Shown: positions 24,721-34,304 of the stretch, in pieces
How positions within the stretch are numbered: the stretch's first letter is position 1
Layout of the letters: each line of letters starts with the position of its first letter
Source: a virus
Taxonomy: Duplodnaviria > Heunggongvirae > Uroviricota > Caudoviricetes
Length of the DNA stretch: 64,000 nucleotides
Direction: 5' to 3' (one strand)
Virus record (IMG/VR): IMGVR_UViG_3300005836_000011
Coordinates: 1 to 64,000 of that record
Notes under the pieces: generated by a model
Told to the model about the DNA's origin: nothing
Seen by the model: only the letters and a program-made list of their open reading frames with translations
Databases searched by the model: none
Program-made: the position numbers and the translations under genes

Positions 24721-27700
24721 TTAGGTAGCCATCCCCCTTGCGGCCTGGCGTTGCTCATTTGTGCGCGCCCCAGGATGCTTGGTCGCACCACTTAGACTCT
24801 TAAGCACTTCTAGCATCTGCTTATTGATATGGATGAGCATAGACATCTGTCCTGCCGTGCTTCCATGTGGGCTAGACGTGGCTTGCGCTTTTTGTAGTTT
24901 CCCGCCAGGACCATAATCTCCACCACCATGGGCCATTCCAGATCCTACGCCTGGAATCGAAATTGCAGTTCCTCCGATGATTCCACCACCACCGCCGCCA
25001 GTCGCAATAGGAACACCACCAGCGCCACCAACTCCAGTAGGATTCGGGCTAGTCGGGAAGAGATTCCCAAGCAGGCTGGCTGTGAATCCCTGCTGTGCCT
25101 GTAGGAACTCGAACATGAGCTTGGACATGGCGTCGTTCTTCTTGGCCGTTGTCCCCTTTAGGTCATTGATTGCCTTGATCTCATCCTGTTCCGCTGCCTT
25201 GACGCGCAACCATTCCAGGCTGTTGCGACCATACTGCTTGCGCACTCGCTCAAGCTCCTTCTGAATAACTTGGAGCTTGGCACGATGGGCCTTAAGCAGA
25301 GCCGCGACATTCGCATTTCTGTCTGTGACGTGCGCTTCCGCGATCTGGATACGCAGGTCTGCCCTCTCTAGCGCCCTGTCTACGAGCGCCTGAGCCATCG
25401 CTTCCTGATTCTTTTTCTGCTCTGCAGCAAGACGCTTGATCTCTGTGGTCGTGGTGAAAATCAGATCGTTGATCTGTTTCATCGCTGCGCTGATCACAGA
25501 CTTCGCTGCACCGACGGCTTCAAGGCGCTTTCGAATGACATCTCTTGCGTGCTTTAGATAAACGATCCAGGCTCTATTAGTCTTGAGATCATCCCCGAGT
25601 TGTTCGTTTAGACCGGCGCTCGTGATCCGACGCTGCAGAATCGTCGCCTTCCTTCCCTGGAGGATCTGATCGACGATCTTCTGTCCTTCTTCGTTGTGCT
25701 TCGTCTGGGCATCCTTAATCTTCTGAGCAGCATCCTTGTTGGCTGAAGTGATTTCTCCCGAAAGACGTTCAACCTCAGCATTGGCTGCATTCAGTTCGTC
25801 TCTCGCATCTTCAAATGCTTTCTGTTGCGCGTCTCCTGTGAAGAAGGTTCCACCCTTCGTCGCAGTATTGATTTTGTTAAATGCTGCCTGCGCCTTCGCT
25901 TGGCTTTTCTTTGCGACTGAGAGCAATTCCGGAGTAGACGCTCCCTGCGCCATGGCAGTAGCTATGGCGTCGCTCACATTGAAATTGGCCTTGAATCCCT
26001 CGGAGGCACCCTTTCCAAGAGCCGCTCCGATATTGGTCCCCATATGCTCAAGCCATATGGTGTTGTCGTCAATGACCTTTTTGATATTTGGCTTTAGCTC
26101 GGCAAGCAACGCCTTACGAAGAGCGGGACCCAACCCAGAGAATTTCAGCAGACCTTTGATGAACTCCTCTCGCGCTGCAACTCCAGTAATTCCCATCTCC
26201 CTGATCAAGTTGGCGAGCGCAACTTTCAGATTGGGTGCTTTGAAAATCGCCTGAATAAGGATAGGCTTTACATTTACGTTTCGCGTCTGTAGGATTAGCC
26301 CACGGATAAGAGCTTGCTTTCGTCCGAGAGATTGCTGTTCAGCAGAATCCGACGCAATATTTTTCTGCGACAATTTGCCAATTGCGTCCGCAGTATTCTT
26401 TAGAAGCAATACCTTTCGTACTTCTTCTCCGAATGATCCCTTGTTCAGCTTAGAGCGAATCTGTTCAGTAATAAGCAATCTCTGAACCGCGACGACTTCA
26501 TCGAATCTGGCCTTCTTGATTGCGTCACTAGCAGCTGCCTGTTTTTCCTGCGTCGCCTGAAGATCTTTAATTGCCTTGTTGTAATCCTGTGTCGCAAACG
26601 TGACATCCTGCGTGGCAACGAGAACATCAAGTTCCTGTTGTCTGCGTTCGTTACTACCACGAGGAGCGTTGGATTGGGCGAGCGCTACTCGGGCACGCTG
26701 CTGATTGAGAACAGCCTGCGTGAGTCCAGTCTGAAGTTGCTGGACACTTCTCTTTCCCGTATCCAGAGAAGTAACAGCATCATTTAGCTCTCCATAAGCC
26801 TTGGCGAGTCGCTCGGTCGCTCCTTGCAGGCTGGCAGTTGCCTTTTCAGTCTGGCTTTGGCGAGTGAGCAGGTAGACCAAGCCACCAGCAGCTACGGCCG
26901 CAGCAATGGCATAGAAATTGAAACTCTTTGCGCCACTAGCGAGTAGGGTTCTAATACCAGCAACGCTCCGTATAGATACAGCGTTATTTGCTTCGAAAAA
27001 CTTTTGCGCTAGTGCCAATGACTTATAACCATCTGCAGCTCTCTTCAGAACTCCTGGGAGTATTCTGTATGCTGCAACAGCTGCAAGAATATTTCCAACA
27101 CCTATTCCGGTAGCGAGTCTCGCTAGGGCATTTACAGCTGGTAGGGCTACGGCCGATATGCCCTTCATAGCCGAACCGAGAAGGCTAAAGGTTTGGCCGA
27201 GCGCTGTCAGCGACTGATTAAGCGACAGCGCAACCTGATCAGATTGCGAGAGCGCGGTAACCCCTGCTGCCACTCCTCGCACCATGGTTGCGAGGGCAGG
27301 ACCAACATGACCAGCGGCAGTCGTGCCGACCGTTTCCAACGTGGACTGCAGGGCATCCATTGCTCCGTGAAGACCCTTTGTGCGTGCCGCAGCTAGCGCA
27401 GCTGCGCTTCCCTCTTCGCGTAGGGATTTGCGCAGAGCAAGGAAACTAGAGATCGACTGTCGGCCAAGGATAGTGACTGCTCGGAAGGCATCCTGTCCTC
27501 CGATCAGAGCGATAGTGGCATCACGTTGAGCTGGTCCAAGCTTCTCAGCGGCGTTTGCAATCTGAATGAAGACGTCGGGGCGAAGTTGTCCCTGAGCATC
27601 TCGTACTTGGATTCCGAGTTGCGCGAAAGCCTCCGCTGCCTTCTTACTCGGATTGACGAGTCGAATAAGCGCGGTACGCAATGACGTACCGGCGTCAGCC

Positions 27701-29415
27701 CCACGCAATCCATTTTTCGCGAGAATCGTAAGGAAGGTGGCGGTGTCTTGGAAACTCAGTCCTACCTGACGTCCGGCTGCAGCAGCCTGCTGGAACGCTG
27801 TTCCGATATCTGCAATCGAACCCTGGGCTAAGTTGGCTGCGTTAGCAAACGTATCTGCGACAGCCACGGCTTCTCTGCCCTGTAGGCCGAACGCATTGAG
27901 CGCATTAGCTACAAGCTGGGTTGCAGCTGCATTGTCGATTGCAGCCGCAGTTGCGAGTTCCAAGACACCACGTGCGGCCGACATAGAATCTGCAACCGAG
28001 AGACCTGCTTTCGCAAGCTCAACCATCGCGCCAGCAGCATCAGACGCAGATACAGAAGGCAGGGTGAGATCGGCTCCGAGTTTTCGGGCCTCCTCCCTAA
28101 CAGCCGCCATCTGAGAAGCGGTGGCAGAAGTCGTTGCCCGGAAGACATCCAGATTTGTCTCGAGGTCGGCGAACGATTTAACGGCCTTCGCAAAAACTGT
28201 GATCGCGGCAGCTCCGACGAGGAACGAGCGGCTCGCTGCCAGCGTCGCGCCGCGAATGCCTGCGAGAGAGAGAATAGAAGCCTGGCCACCGCGTGAGAAC
28301 TGTTCCGAAGAGCGCGCCTGTTTTGCAGACTCTCTCGTTTGCGACTTAATTGCCGCAACCTGATCCTTGGATGCCTGAACTTGCTGCTTCGCGAAGTCCA
28401 CGTTGCGCTTCGCGATGATTTTGAAGTTTTCACTCTGGCTCTTCTCTGCCTGCGTGAGAGCCTTGGCGGCATCCGAGGCAGCGTGGGAGCGTATTCTCAG
28501 AACGTCTTGTGCTCCAGCCAGATCCTTCGTGCTCTTCCCGAGTTTGTCTGATGCAGCCTGCGCTTCTTTCAGCCCAGCAAATGACCGACCGAGAGAAGTA
28601 AGTCCGGTGGCCCTCGCACTCGTAACCGTTCGGGGAAGTCCTGGAGCGACTGCGGGCGTTTGCGACGCAGCTCGCGCCTTCTCGGTCTCAAGCGCCCTAA
28701 CAGCTGCTATGGCCGCTTCTTGATCTGCTTTGATTTTGACAAATACCGCTCTTGTCGTTTTCGTGAGCGATGTCTCCAAGCCTTTCTCGGAGAGCGCATA
28801 TGCCTTGTTGATTGTGGCTAGGCGTGATTTAGCTTGAAGCGCAGGAGTTGATTTTGTGAGTGCCTCCGACTCAGCATTGGCTGCCAACTTAGTCGCCTGA
28901 GCGCTGAACTTCTCGGCACGAGCTTGTTGCTGGGCGCGAGTTTCACGCTGCTTACTAGCGGCATCTCCACGCTTTCTCGCTTGTGTGACTTTTTCTTCTG
29001 CTACCTCGACGTCACCAAGCAACACAGCTCCGCGAGCAAGACCGGCATTAATGCGCTCTTGATTTGCCGAGACATTCCCCGCAATTGGACCTAGGGGTGC
29101 AGCAGCGGATCCAGTCCTTCCCGCAACCGATACTGGTGCTTGTACAACATTGAGAAGCTGGCGCCGAGACGGCGATTCGATAACCGTCTTGATAATGATC
29201 GGCTTGACTCTGCTCTGCGCCTGAAGTACTGCTGCGTTGACTTGTCGCCTCAGATCTCCGACGAAGTTAGAGGTGAGCGCAGGAGCTATTTTTACTCTGT
29301 AAGGCTTCTCATTGACCTTCGCCATGATCGCCTTGAGTTGTTTCTCAAGGTCGGTCTTAAAGCCCGTTAGGCTCGGAGTAATACGAACGGTTGCTTCAGC
29401 GAAATGATCGCTCAT
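24721..29415 (-). CDS. tape measure protein (1564 aa)
   Basis: Length, Ala/Gln/Lys-rich coiled-coil composition and Gly-rich C-terminal stretches. Preceded by a G/G-T chaperone pair. Confidence 0.85.
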   Translation of the reverse strand: MSDHFAEATVRITPSLTGFKTDLEKQLKAIMAKVNEKPYRVKIAPALTSNFVGDLRRQVNAAVLQAQSRVKPIIIKTVIESPSRRQLLNVVQAPVSVAGRTGSAAAPLGPIAGNVSANQERINAGLARGAVLLGDVEVAEEKVTQARKRGDAASKQRETRAQQQARAEKFSAQATKLAANAESEALTKSTPALQAKSRLATINKAYALSEKGLETSLTKTTRAVFVKIKADQEAAIAAVRALETEKARAASQTPAVAPGLPRTVTSARATGLTSLGRSFAGLKEAQAASDKLGKSTKDLAGAQDVLRIRSHAASDAAKALTQAEKSQSENFKIIAKRNVDFAKQQVQASKDQVAAIKSQTRESAKQARSSEQFSRGGQASILSLAGIRGATLAASRSFLVGAAAITVFAKAVKSFADLETNLDVFRATTSATASQMAAVREEARKLGADLTLPSVSASDAAGAMVELAKAGLSVADSMSAARGVLELATAAAIDNAAATQLVANALNAFGLQGREAVAVADTFANAANLAQGSIADIGTAFQQAAAAGRQVGLSFQDTATFLTILAKNGLRGADAGTSLRTALIRLVNPSKKAAEAFAQLGIQVRDAQGQLRPDVFIQIANAAEKLGPAQRDATIALIGGQDAFRAVTILGRQSISSFLALRKSLREEGSAAALAAARTKGLHGAMDALQSTLETVGTTAAGHVGPALATMVRGVAAGVTALSQSDQVALSLNQSLTALGQTFSLLGSAMKGISAVALPAVNALARLATGIGVGNILAAVAAYRILPGVLKRAADGYKSLALAQKFFEANNAVSIRSVAGIRTLLASGAKSFNFYAIAAAVAAGGLVYLLTRQSQTEKATASLQGATERLAKAYGELNDAVTSLDTGKRSVQQLQTGLTQAVLNQQRARVALAQSNAPRGSNERRQQELDVLVATQDVTFATQDYNKAIKDLQATQEKQAAASDAIKKARFDEVVAVQRLLITEQIRSKLNKGSFGEEVRKVLLLKNTADAIGKLSQKNIASDSAEQQSLGRKQALIRGLILQTRNVNVKPILIQAIFKAPNLKVALANLIREMGITGVAAREEFIKGLLKFSGLGPALRKALLAELKPNIKKVIDDNTIWLEHMGTNIGAALGKGASEGFKANFNVSDAIATAMAQGASTPELLSVAKKSQAKAQAAFNKINTATKGGTFFTGDAQQKAFEDARDELNAANAEVERLSGEITSANKDAAQKIKDAQTKHNEEGQKIVDQILQGRKATILQRRITSAGLNEQLGDDLKTNRAWIVYLKHARDVIRKRLEAVGAAKSVISAAMKQINDLIFTTTTEIKRLAAEQKKNQEAMAQALVDRALERADLRIQIAEAHVTDRNANVAALLKAHRAKLQVIQKELERVRKQYGRNSLEWLRVKAAEQDEIKAINDLKGTTAKKNDAMSKLMFEFLQAQQGFTASLLGNLFPTSPNPTGVGGAGGVPIATGGGGGGIIGGTAISIPGVGSGMAHGGGDYGPGGKLQKAQATSSPHGSTAGQMSMLIHINKQMLEVLKSLSGATKHPGARTNEQRQAARGMAT

Positions 29416-29416
29416 G

Positions 29417-29428
29417 CTAGGTTCCTAG
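29417..29428 (+). promoter_or_regulatory. CTAGGTTCCTAG 12-mer copy
   Basis: Exact copy 1 nt upstream of the tape measure ATG (29415-29413). Provides the TAG stop of the G-T extension. Confidence 0.5.
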
Positions 29429-29758
29429 ACCGCCCATCATCGAGCTGAGTTCCCGTAGCGCAACTTCATTTTTGCGCGCGATTTCCTCTTCAGACGGCAC
29501 ATGCGCAGTCTGGGCTGCAGATGGATCTGAAGTTCCGCCGGCACGCAGATTGGCGGTTTGTTCGACCGCATCAAGCAAGGAAATGTTGACGCGCGTATAT
29601 TCCGCGATGAGCAATGCATAGGCAGCGTCAAGAAACTTTCGAAGAGTGAGCTTGTCAGGATCTCCTCCCGCTAGCGTTATGCGGCCTTCAATGAGCGAGC
29701 GGTTCTCCCAGGCCCAGAACCCGAGGGCGAGGGCGTCTGTGTAGGGCGCTCTGTCTGC
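29417..29758 (-). CDS. tail assembly chaperone -1 frame extension (T part of G-T)
   Basis: The -1 frame relative to G is open from 29758 to the stop at 29417-29419 and overlaps the 3' 80 nt of G (stop 29677-29679). Confidence 0.5.
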   Translation of the reverse strand, partial: ADRAPYTDALALGFWAWENRSLIEGRITLAGGDPDKLTLRKFLDAAYALLIAEYTRVNISLLDAVEQTANLRAGGTSDPSAAQTAHVPSEEEIARKNEVALRELSSMMGGLGT

Positions 29759-30114
29759 TCACCTACCAACCATTCGAGAATCGCATTGAGCTGAATGATC
29801 GTGATGGGATTCTCTTCTCGCTCGCGCAAATTCGTCCACCGCGCACGATCTTCGGGAACGAGGAAAAGCATGATCTGCTCATCGAGCTGCGCCCAGATAC
29901 CAGAGTTGTCATCTGGATCCTTCTCAGCATCACCGTTCTCGGAGGGCTTAAACGCGGTAAGGACCTCGGGACGAACGTCATTCCACGTAAACGTCTCACC
30001 TCGCACGACAAAGGTGCGGTCTTGGGAAATGAGATCGTCGAAATTACGGGCCACTACTCCTCCTTCGTTAGATGTCATCTCCATCATCGAGGATGAGGCG
30101 GTCTCCACGCGCAT
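29677..30114 (-). CDS. tail assembly chaperone G
   Basis: 145-aa acidic protein immediately upstream of the tape measure, with an overlapping -1 ORF. Confidence 0.55.
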   Translation of the reverse strand: MRVETASSSMMEMTSNEGGVVARNFDDLISQDRTFVVRGETFTWNDVRPEVLTAFKPSENGDAEKDPDDNSGIWAQLDEQIMLFLVPEDRARWTNLREREENPITIIQLNAILEWLVGEQTERPTQTPSPSGSGPGRTARSLKAA

Positions 30115-30173
30115 CGTTATGCTGCAGTTGCGGTACAGTTTCGTCTATGACTTTCAAGCATTCACCTCATATG

Positions 30174-30878
30174 AGCTATGGCGACCTACCTATCGTCTAC
30201 ATCGTCGACCTTGGCGGCGAAGAGTTCGTCGGACTCCGTGATACAGAGGGAAACTTCCAAGAGGTGGCATCTCTACGAAATGTCCCGGACACCGAATACG
30301 CACAGGTTGAGATGTTCGGTCCGAGTCTTGGCTTAATCGTGCCTTGCTCTATCGACATTCTCGATCAGCAGGGAAGCGCAATAGCCAAGATGACCATAAG
30401 GGTCACGAACAAAAAGGTCGGATGCAGGAGCATCTTCGCCGGGCCGAACTACGAACTCACCGGAACGCTCCTACGACAGGTTCCGTTCGCGCGTCTCATT
30501 AGAGAAGCTGCGCTCGCCAACACTGTCCGTGTCCTCGAAACCGAGGATGGCATCACCTTCGGCGCTCGTTATGTCGAAGGCGGACCCGGACTCGGGTCAC
30601 TCCATAGCGATCTTCGCCGCGAACTAGCGACAGTAGGCGATCGAGGACGGAGGCGCGTTATAGATGACGCTTTTCTGCAGCGCGTTGCTGGTGTCTATCG
30701 AGACGCCATCATCCAGGGATATCCCCCGGCACGAGCAGTCGAGGAACTTCTCGGTCCCACCACTCCGACAAACGCACGTCGCTGGATCGCAGCCGCTCGA
30801 GCCGATGGTTTCCTCGGACCGGCACCCGCACGAGGGAGAGCAGGTGAACTCGCTCACGTGGAGAACACTTCCTCGTAA
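30174..30878 (+). CDS. hypothetical protein on the opposite strand inside the tail gene block
   Basis: 234-aa ORF with balanced composition and GC-rich third codon positions. Antisense ORFs in the same span are Cys/Arg junk. Confidence 0.45.
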   Translation, partial: SYGDLPIVYIVDLGGEEFVGLRDTEGNFQEVASLRNVPDTEYAQVEMFGPSLGLIVPCSIDILDQQGSAIAKMTIRVTNKKVGCRSIFAGPNYELTGTLLRQVPFARLIREAALANTVRVLETEDGITFGARYVEGGPGLGSLHSDLRRELATVGDRGRRRVIDDAFLQRVAGVYRDAIIQGYPPARAVEELLGPTTPTNARRWIAAARADGFLGPAPARGRAGELAHVENTSS

Positions 30879-31444
30879 CCATCAAGCGCGACCTCGATGG
30901 GCCAGTACCAACCAACACAATTACCCTCGGGCTGAAGCGCAGTAAGCAGGCCCCACTTCACTTCGGAGCAGAAGGAAAAGAGGATGCCGTCTCTTACGAG
31001 ATTGAAGAGATGATTCCATAGCGCCCATCCATCTGCATTGACCTGCGCGGCGGCTGCTTCCAACTCCGCTTGTGCGGGCATGATCTTTTCCGTCGGTGCA
31101 CACCGGAAAAGCGTCATCGCTAGCGTCACTTGGTTCTGTCGTGTTGTCATAGCGCTCCTTCCCGGAACAGCCGCACCGAGCTGGTCTTCAAGAACACCGA
31201 CGGTGTGTACGGTGAGCTGAGGACAACAATCAGCCGCAGGGCGACCGGGAGCGACAAAGCTCCGCACAGGAGCTCCTTCAAGTCCTGGTATGAGAATGGG
31301 AATGGTGTCGAGGGCTTCCTCGCAGACTGCGAGAAACTCCTCGGCTACCAACATCAGGTCAGAAGGATCAGTCCCCATTACTTCAGCACTCGAACACGTA
31401 CGGGAAGACCTGGCATAACCGATCGCACAGCATCGCTCATCCAA
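30854..31444 (-). CDS. virion structural protein (head-tail / major-tail region)
   Basis: 196-aa ORF at the position expected for a tail terminator or major tail gene. Confidence 0.4.
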   Translation of the reverse strand: MDERCCAIGYARSSRTCSSAEVMGTDPSDLMLVAEEFLAVCEEALDTIPILIPGLEGAPVRSFVAPGRPAADCCPQLTVHTVGVLEDQLGAAVPGRSAMTTRQNQVTLAMTLFRCAPTEKIMPAQAELEAAAAQVNADGWALWNHLFNLVRDGILFSFCSEVKWGLLTALQPEGNCVGWYWPIEVALDGYEEVFST

Positions 31445-31980
31445 TGCGTCGCATCAAGAGCGGGGGCCTGCACTATCAGTCGCGGCCGATCCAGAGGAGT
31501 TGGATTGAATCCCTTAGACCGTGGACCATTGGATCGCAGAAAGTACCCACCTTTCTTCTTCCCTCGGTAGGGAAATTCTGGCTTGATGATATGCTCATCA
31601 GTTCCGATTTCTAGCCACTTTCCATGCTCAACAGTAGTTCCGACACCTACCTCCACATTCCCTCCCCTACCACCACGCACGATGGGAATGACAGAGGTAA
31701 TGAGAGAAGTCGTGCGCTGATTGAATAGCGCCCCAGCATTAAGTCTCGCCGCAAGTACCATGCGGGCAGCTAGCGCATTTGCGTCACCACGCGCGAATCC
31801 GCGACGAGCGCCCATGCTCGTGCCGGCCAGCGGCGAGGACTGCATGAAAGAACGGATGCCGCTTTCATTCAGAGTGACGCGACTAGATGCCAACTTTTCG
31901 CGCCTGCTTTTGCGCTCCGGGAACGTAGAGGATAGGACGCCGCTGAAGCCCCCTGGGGTTGTACGCATTGAGGAAAGCAT
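31378..31980 (-). CDS. head-tail connector-like protein
   Basis: ORF track. GKWLEIGTDEHIIKPEFPYRGKKKGGYF weakly resembles HK97 gp10-family motifs. Confidence 0.35.
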   Translation of the reverse strand: MLSSMRTTPGGFSGVLSSTFPERKSRREKLASSRVTLNESGIRSFMQSSPLAGTSMGARRGFARGDANALAARMVLAARLNAGALFNQRTTSLITSVIPIVRGGRGGNVEVGVGTTVEHGKWLEIGTDEHIIKPEFPYRGKKKGGYFLRSNGPRSKGFNPTPLDRPRLIVQAPALDATHWMSDAVRSVMPGLPVRVRVLK

Positions 31981-33019
31981 CGACGAGCGTCAATCCCGTG
32001 CGCCAGATACCCGTAAAATCGCGCCCCCAAGATATGAGTGCTGGCAACTCATATGTGATGCCCTGGCGCGTTACGCGCGTGACCCCCTCGGGAAGCTCGC
32101 AGTCTCCCTCTGTATCTGTCGCATCACAGGACTTATAGATCTCAAATGCGAGATCGCGTGCGGCCATCTGTCCGATCAGCGGAATTGCCTGACCGTATTC
32201 ATACGTCACGCTCCACGTTCCTACTTCAGTGTCCTCAAGATCGAGGCGCTGGCAGGCTGGCCAACGTCCTCCATTCATACGCACGAGATACTGCTGACCA
32301 TCGAGTCGATACTCACCGGGGTCAAGAACGACTCCGTCGATGACTACCTCAAGGATGTCACGCACGGGGCGCCCTGCCAACTCCACGCTCGAGAGTGGCG
32401 TGCAACCACAGTCCATACCCCAGCTCACTCCATTCCAACCCCAATCGGGCGGTAGGACGACGTAACCTCGGGATAGGGTCTGGATGCCGCAGAACATTCC
32501 AGCGGTCTGACAGGGCCGCACAGTGCGTTCGCAGAGACCTGGGAAGCGCCGCGCAGAGAGTTCATAGAGAATCTCGCTTGCAGCAGCGATGGCATCGTCG
32601 TAGACGTTCGAGTTTGGAACATCCATGCAAGCGGCGATTGCTGCGCTCGTAGTCCAGGCTGTACATGGGCCGGGGCGTATTCCGCCATCGGCTGGTGGTG
32701 GAAGTGGGGGAAGAACTCCCGTTGAGCCAACTGCGACGATGACAAGTTCGTCTGCCGTCGAGTTTGTGAGCGCGTTCCAAGACCCATCAGGAGACCAGAT
32801 GATCGTATACTGGCCAGTGCTAAGTGGCGCTCCTGGAGCGTTCCATGTGTACACACCGAGAGGGATGATCCCAACCATCTCTTCGGTGATATTGGCGGCA
32901 GTCGGACCGAAGACGATATTGCCATCTCCATCGAAAATGGCTACTTCAATGCCAGGGACGAGGCCAGATCCGCCGTGAGCGTAGACGGCCTCAAATGGTT
33001 GTCCAGCTTCTACATACAC
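31883..33019 (-). CDS. virion structural protein, 378 aa
   Basis: ORF track. Confidence 0.4.
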   Translation of the reverse strand: MYVEAGQPFEAVYAHGGSGLVPGIEVAIFDGDGNIVFGPTAANITEEMVGIIPLGVYTWNAPGAPLSTGQYTIIWSPDGSWNALTNSTADELVIVAVGSTGVLPPLPPPADGGIRPGPCTAWTTSAAIAACMDVPNSNVYDDAIAAASEILYELSARRFPGLCERTVRPCQTAGMFCGIQTLSRGYVVLPPDWGWNGVSWGMDCGCTPLSSVELAGRPVRDILEVVIDGVVLDPGEYRLDGQQYLVRMNGGRWPACQRLDLEDTEVGTWSVTYEYGQAIPLIGQMAARDLAFEIYKSCDATDTEGDCELPEGVTRVTRQGITYELPALISWGRDFTGIWRTGLTLVDAFLNAYNPRGLQRRPILYVPGAQKQARKVGI

Positions 33020-33078
33020 CGTTATCAGTCTAAGACCTGATGCGGTCCTTGCTCTAGCAGTAGATTCCTACCGCTTCC

Positions 33079-33789
33079 TTACGGTCGAGCAAAGGCCAAT
33101 CCGCTCCAGGAGAAATAACCACCGGGTGTGAACGCTCGAGCCGTTGTGGTGAGACCGAGATCGAAACGAAATCCTCTCTCCTCTATGACTGGTATCCAAT
33201 AGTCATCTGTCTGGCAATTCACATGGTGATGTCCACCTTGACCAGGAACGGCATGGGTCATCAGGAGCAGTCGGCCCCGCTGGAAGGCGGTGAGATAATT
33301 CTCCATGAACTCGTGCGCGACGTGCTCGACGAACTCGCAGCACCAGACGAGGTCGAAATCACGACCTGGGTCGTAGGGGCCAAGCGTGAAGTCATGTTGT
33401 TGAATCAGCGGGTCATGCGGTGGCAGCCCATCCACTCCATATGCCTCACATCCCAGACTCTTGAAGAAATGCACAGTCTTTCCCGCTCCGCATCCAACGT
33501 CGAGGATTGATCTGACATCACAGGTGTCTCGGAGCCACGTCCACAACTCGGGGTAGTAGCTCAGCGGATCCCCGTCGGGAAAATAGCCCCCGAGCCAAGG
33601 TCGTTCCGAGTCCACAACCTGTCCGTACTCAGAGAGCTCGCTCATGCCGAGAAAACGCCGTAGAACGCCCGACCGGATGCACCGCTTTCGTCGATCTGCG
33701 CCACGAATCCGGAAGAGCCGAGCCATTCCTCTAGCTCGTCCTTGACGAGCATGTGCGGGTGACCTGGATATGGAGGGATGTCGATCCAC
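33079..33789 (-). CDS. class I SAM-dependent methyltransferase
   Basis: Motif I ILDVGCGAGKTVHFF. Real start probably MSELSEYG at about 33645. Confidence 0.6.
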   Translation of the reverse strand: MDRHPSISRSPAHARQGRARGMARLFRIRGADRRKRCIRSGVLRRFLGMSELSEYGQVVDSERPWLGGYFPDGDPLSYYPELWTWLRDTCDVRSILDVGCGAGKTVHFFKSLGCEAYGVDGLPPHDPLIQQHDFTLGPYDPGRDFDLVWCCEFVEHVAHEFMENYLTAFQRGRLLLMTHAVPGQGGHHHVNCQTDDYWIPVIEERGFRFDLGLTTTARAFTPGGYFSWSGLAFARP

Positions 33790-34292
33790 TCGAAGATCCG
33801 AATAGTCGATGCCAACTCACGAGCTCGAGTGATGACGAGGGCAGGATCGGTGACGTGTTGTAGGACGTTGTAGATCCAGGCTTCGTCCAGGGTGTATCCG
33901 GTAATCACCTCGCCGGGCATCTTCCAATACTCAATACCCTCCGCCTCGTATCGTCCCAGCACCCAGGTCGGCCATTCAGCCGGATCAGCCACGATCGCTC
34001 GCCCGCGGTTGACGCACTTGAGCAGCAGACTCACCGGACCGCCACCGATGTCGATGACTGACTTACCACCCAGATCAAACACGGGCGGATGCCCCACGCC
34101 CCACTGGGCATAGAGTCCCATGCGAGCGGCATAGACGAGTTGTTTCTGCTCCTCCTGCAACGTGTTCGCGCAGGTCCCCCACCAGTCGGTCTCATACTCG
34201 CTCACGTGGACCAGCCCTCTCTTATCGCTTGATTGGTGCGCCACAGATAGGGCACATCGGATGGGCAAGCGTTTCTGGGAACTCATGCCCAC
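33642..34292 (-). CDS. SAM-dependent methyltransferase
   Basis: Gly-rich motif VIDIGGGPVSLL. Confidence 0.55.
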   Translation of the reverse strand: MGMSSQKRLPIRCALSVAHQSSDKRGLVHVSEYETDWWGTCANTLQEEQKQLVYAARMGLYAQWGVGHPPVFDLGGKSVIDIGGGPVSLLLKCVNRGRAIVADPAEWPTWVLGRYEAEGIEYWKMPGEVITGYTLDEAWIYNVLQHVTDPALVITRARELASTIRIFEWIDIPPYPGHPHMLVKDELEEWLGSSGFVAQIDESGASGRAFYGVFSA

Positions 34293-34304
34293 GCAGACAG
34301 ACGA

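Noticed and set aside
29437-29631. 64-aa minus-strand ORF downstream of chaperone G
   Set aside because: It is in the same frame as G, after G's stop. The -1 frame ORF (29417-29758) that overlaps G is the biologically expected G-T extension.
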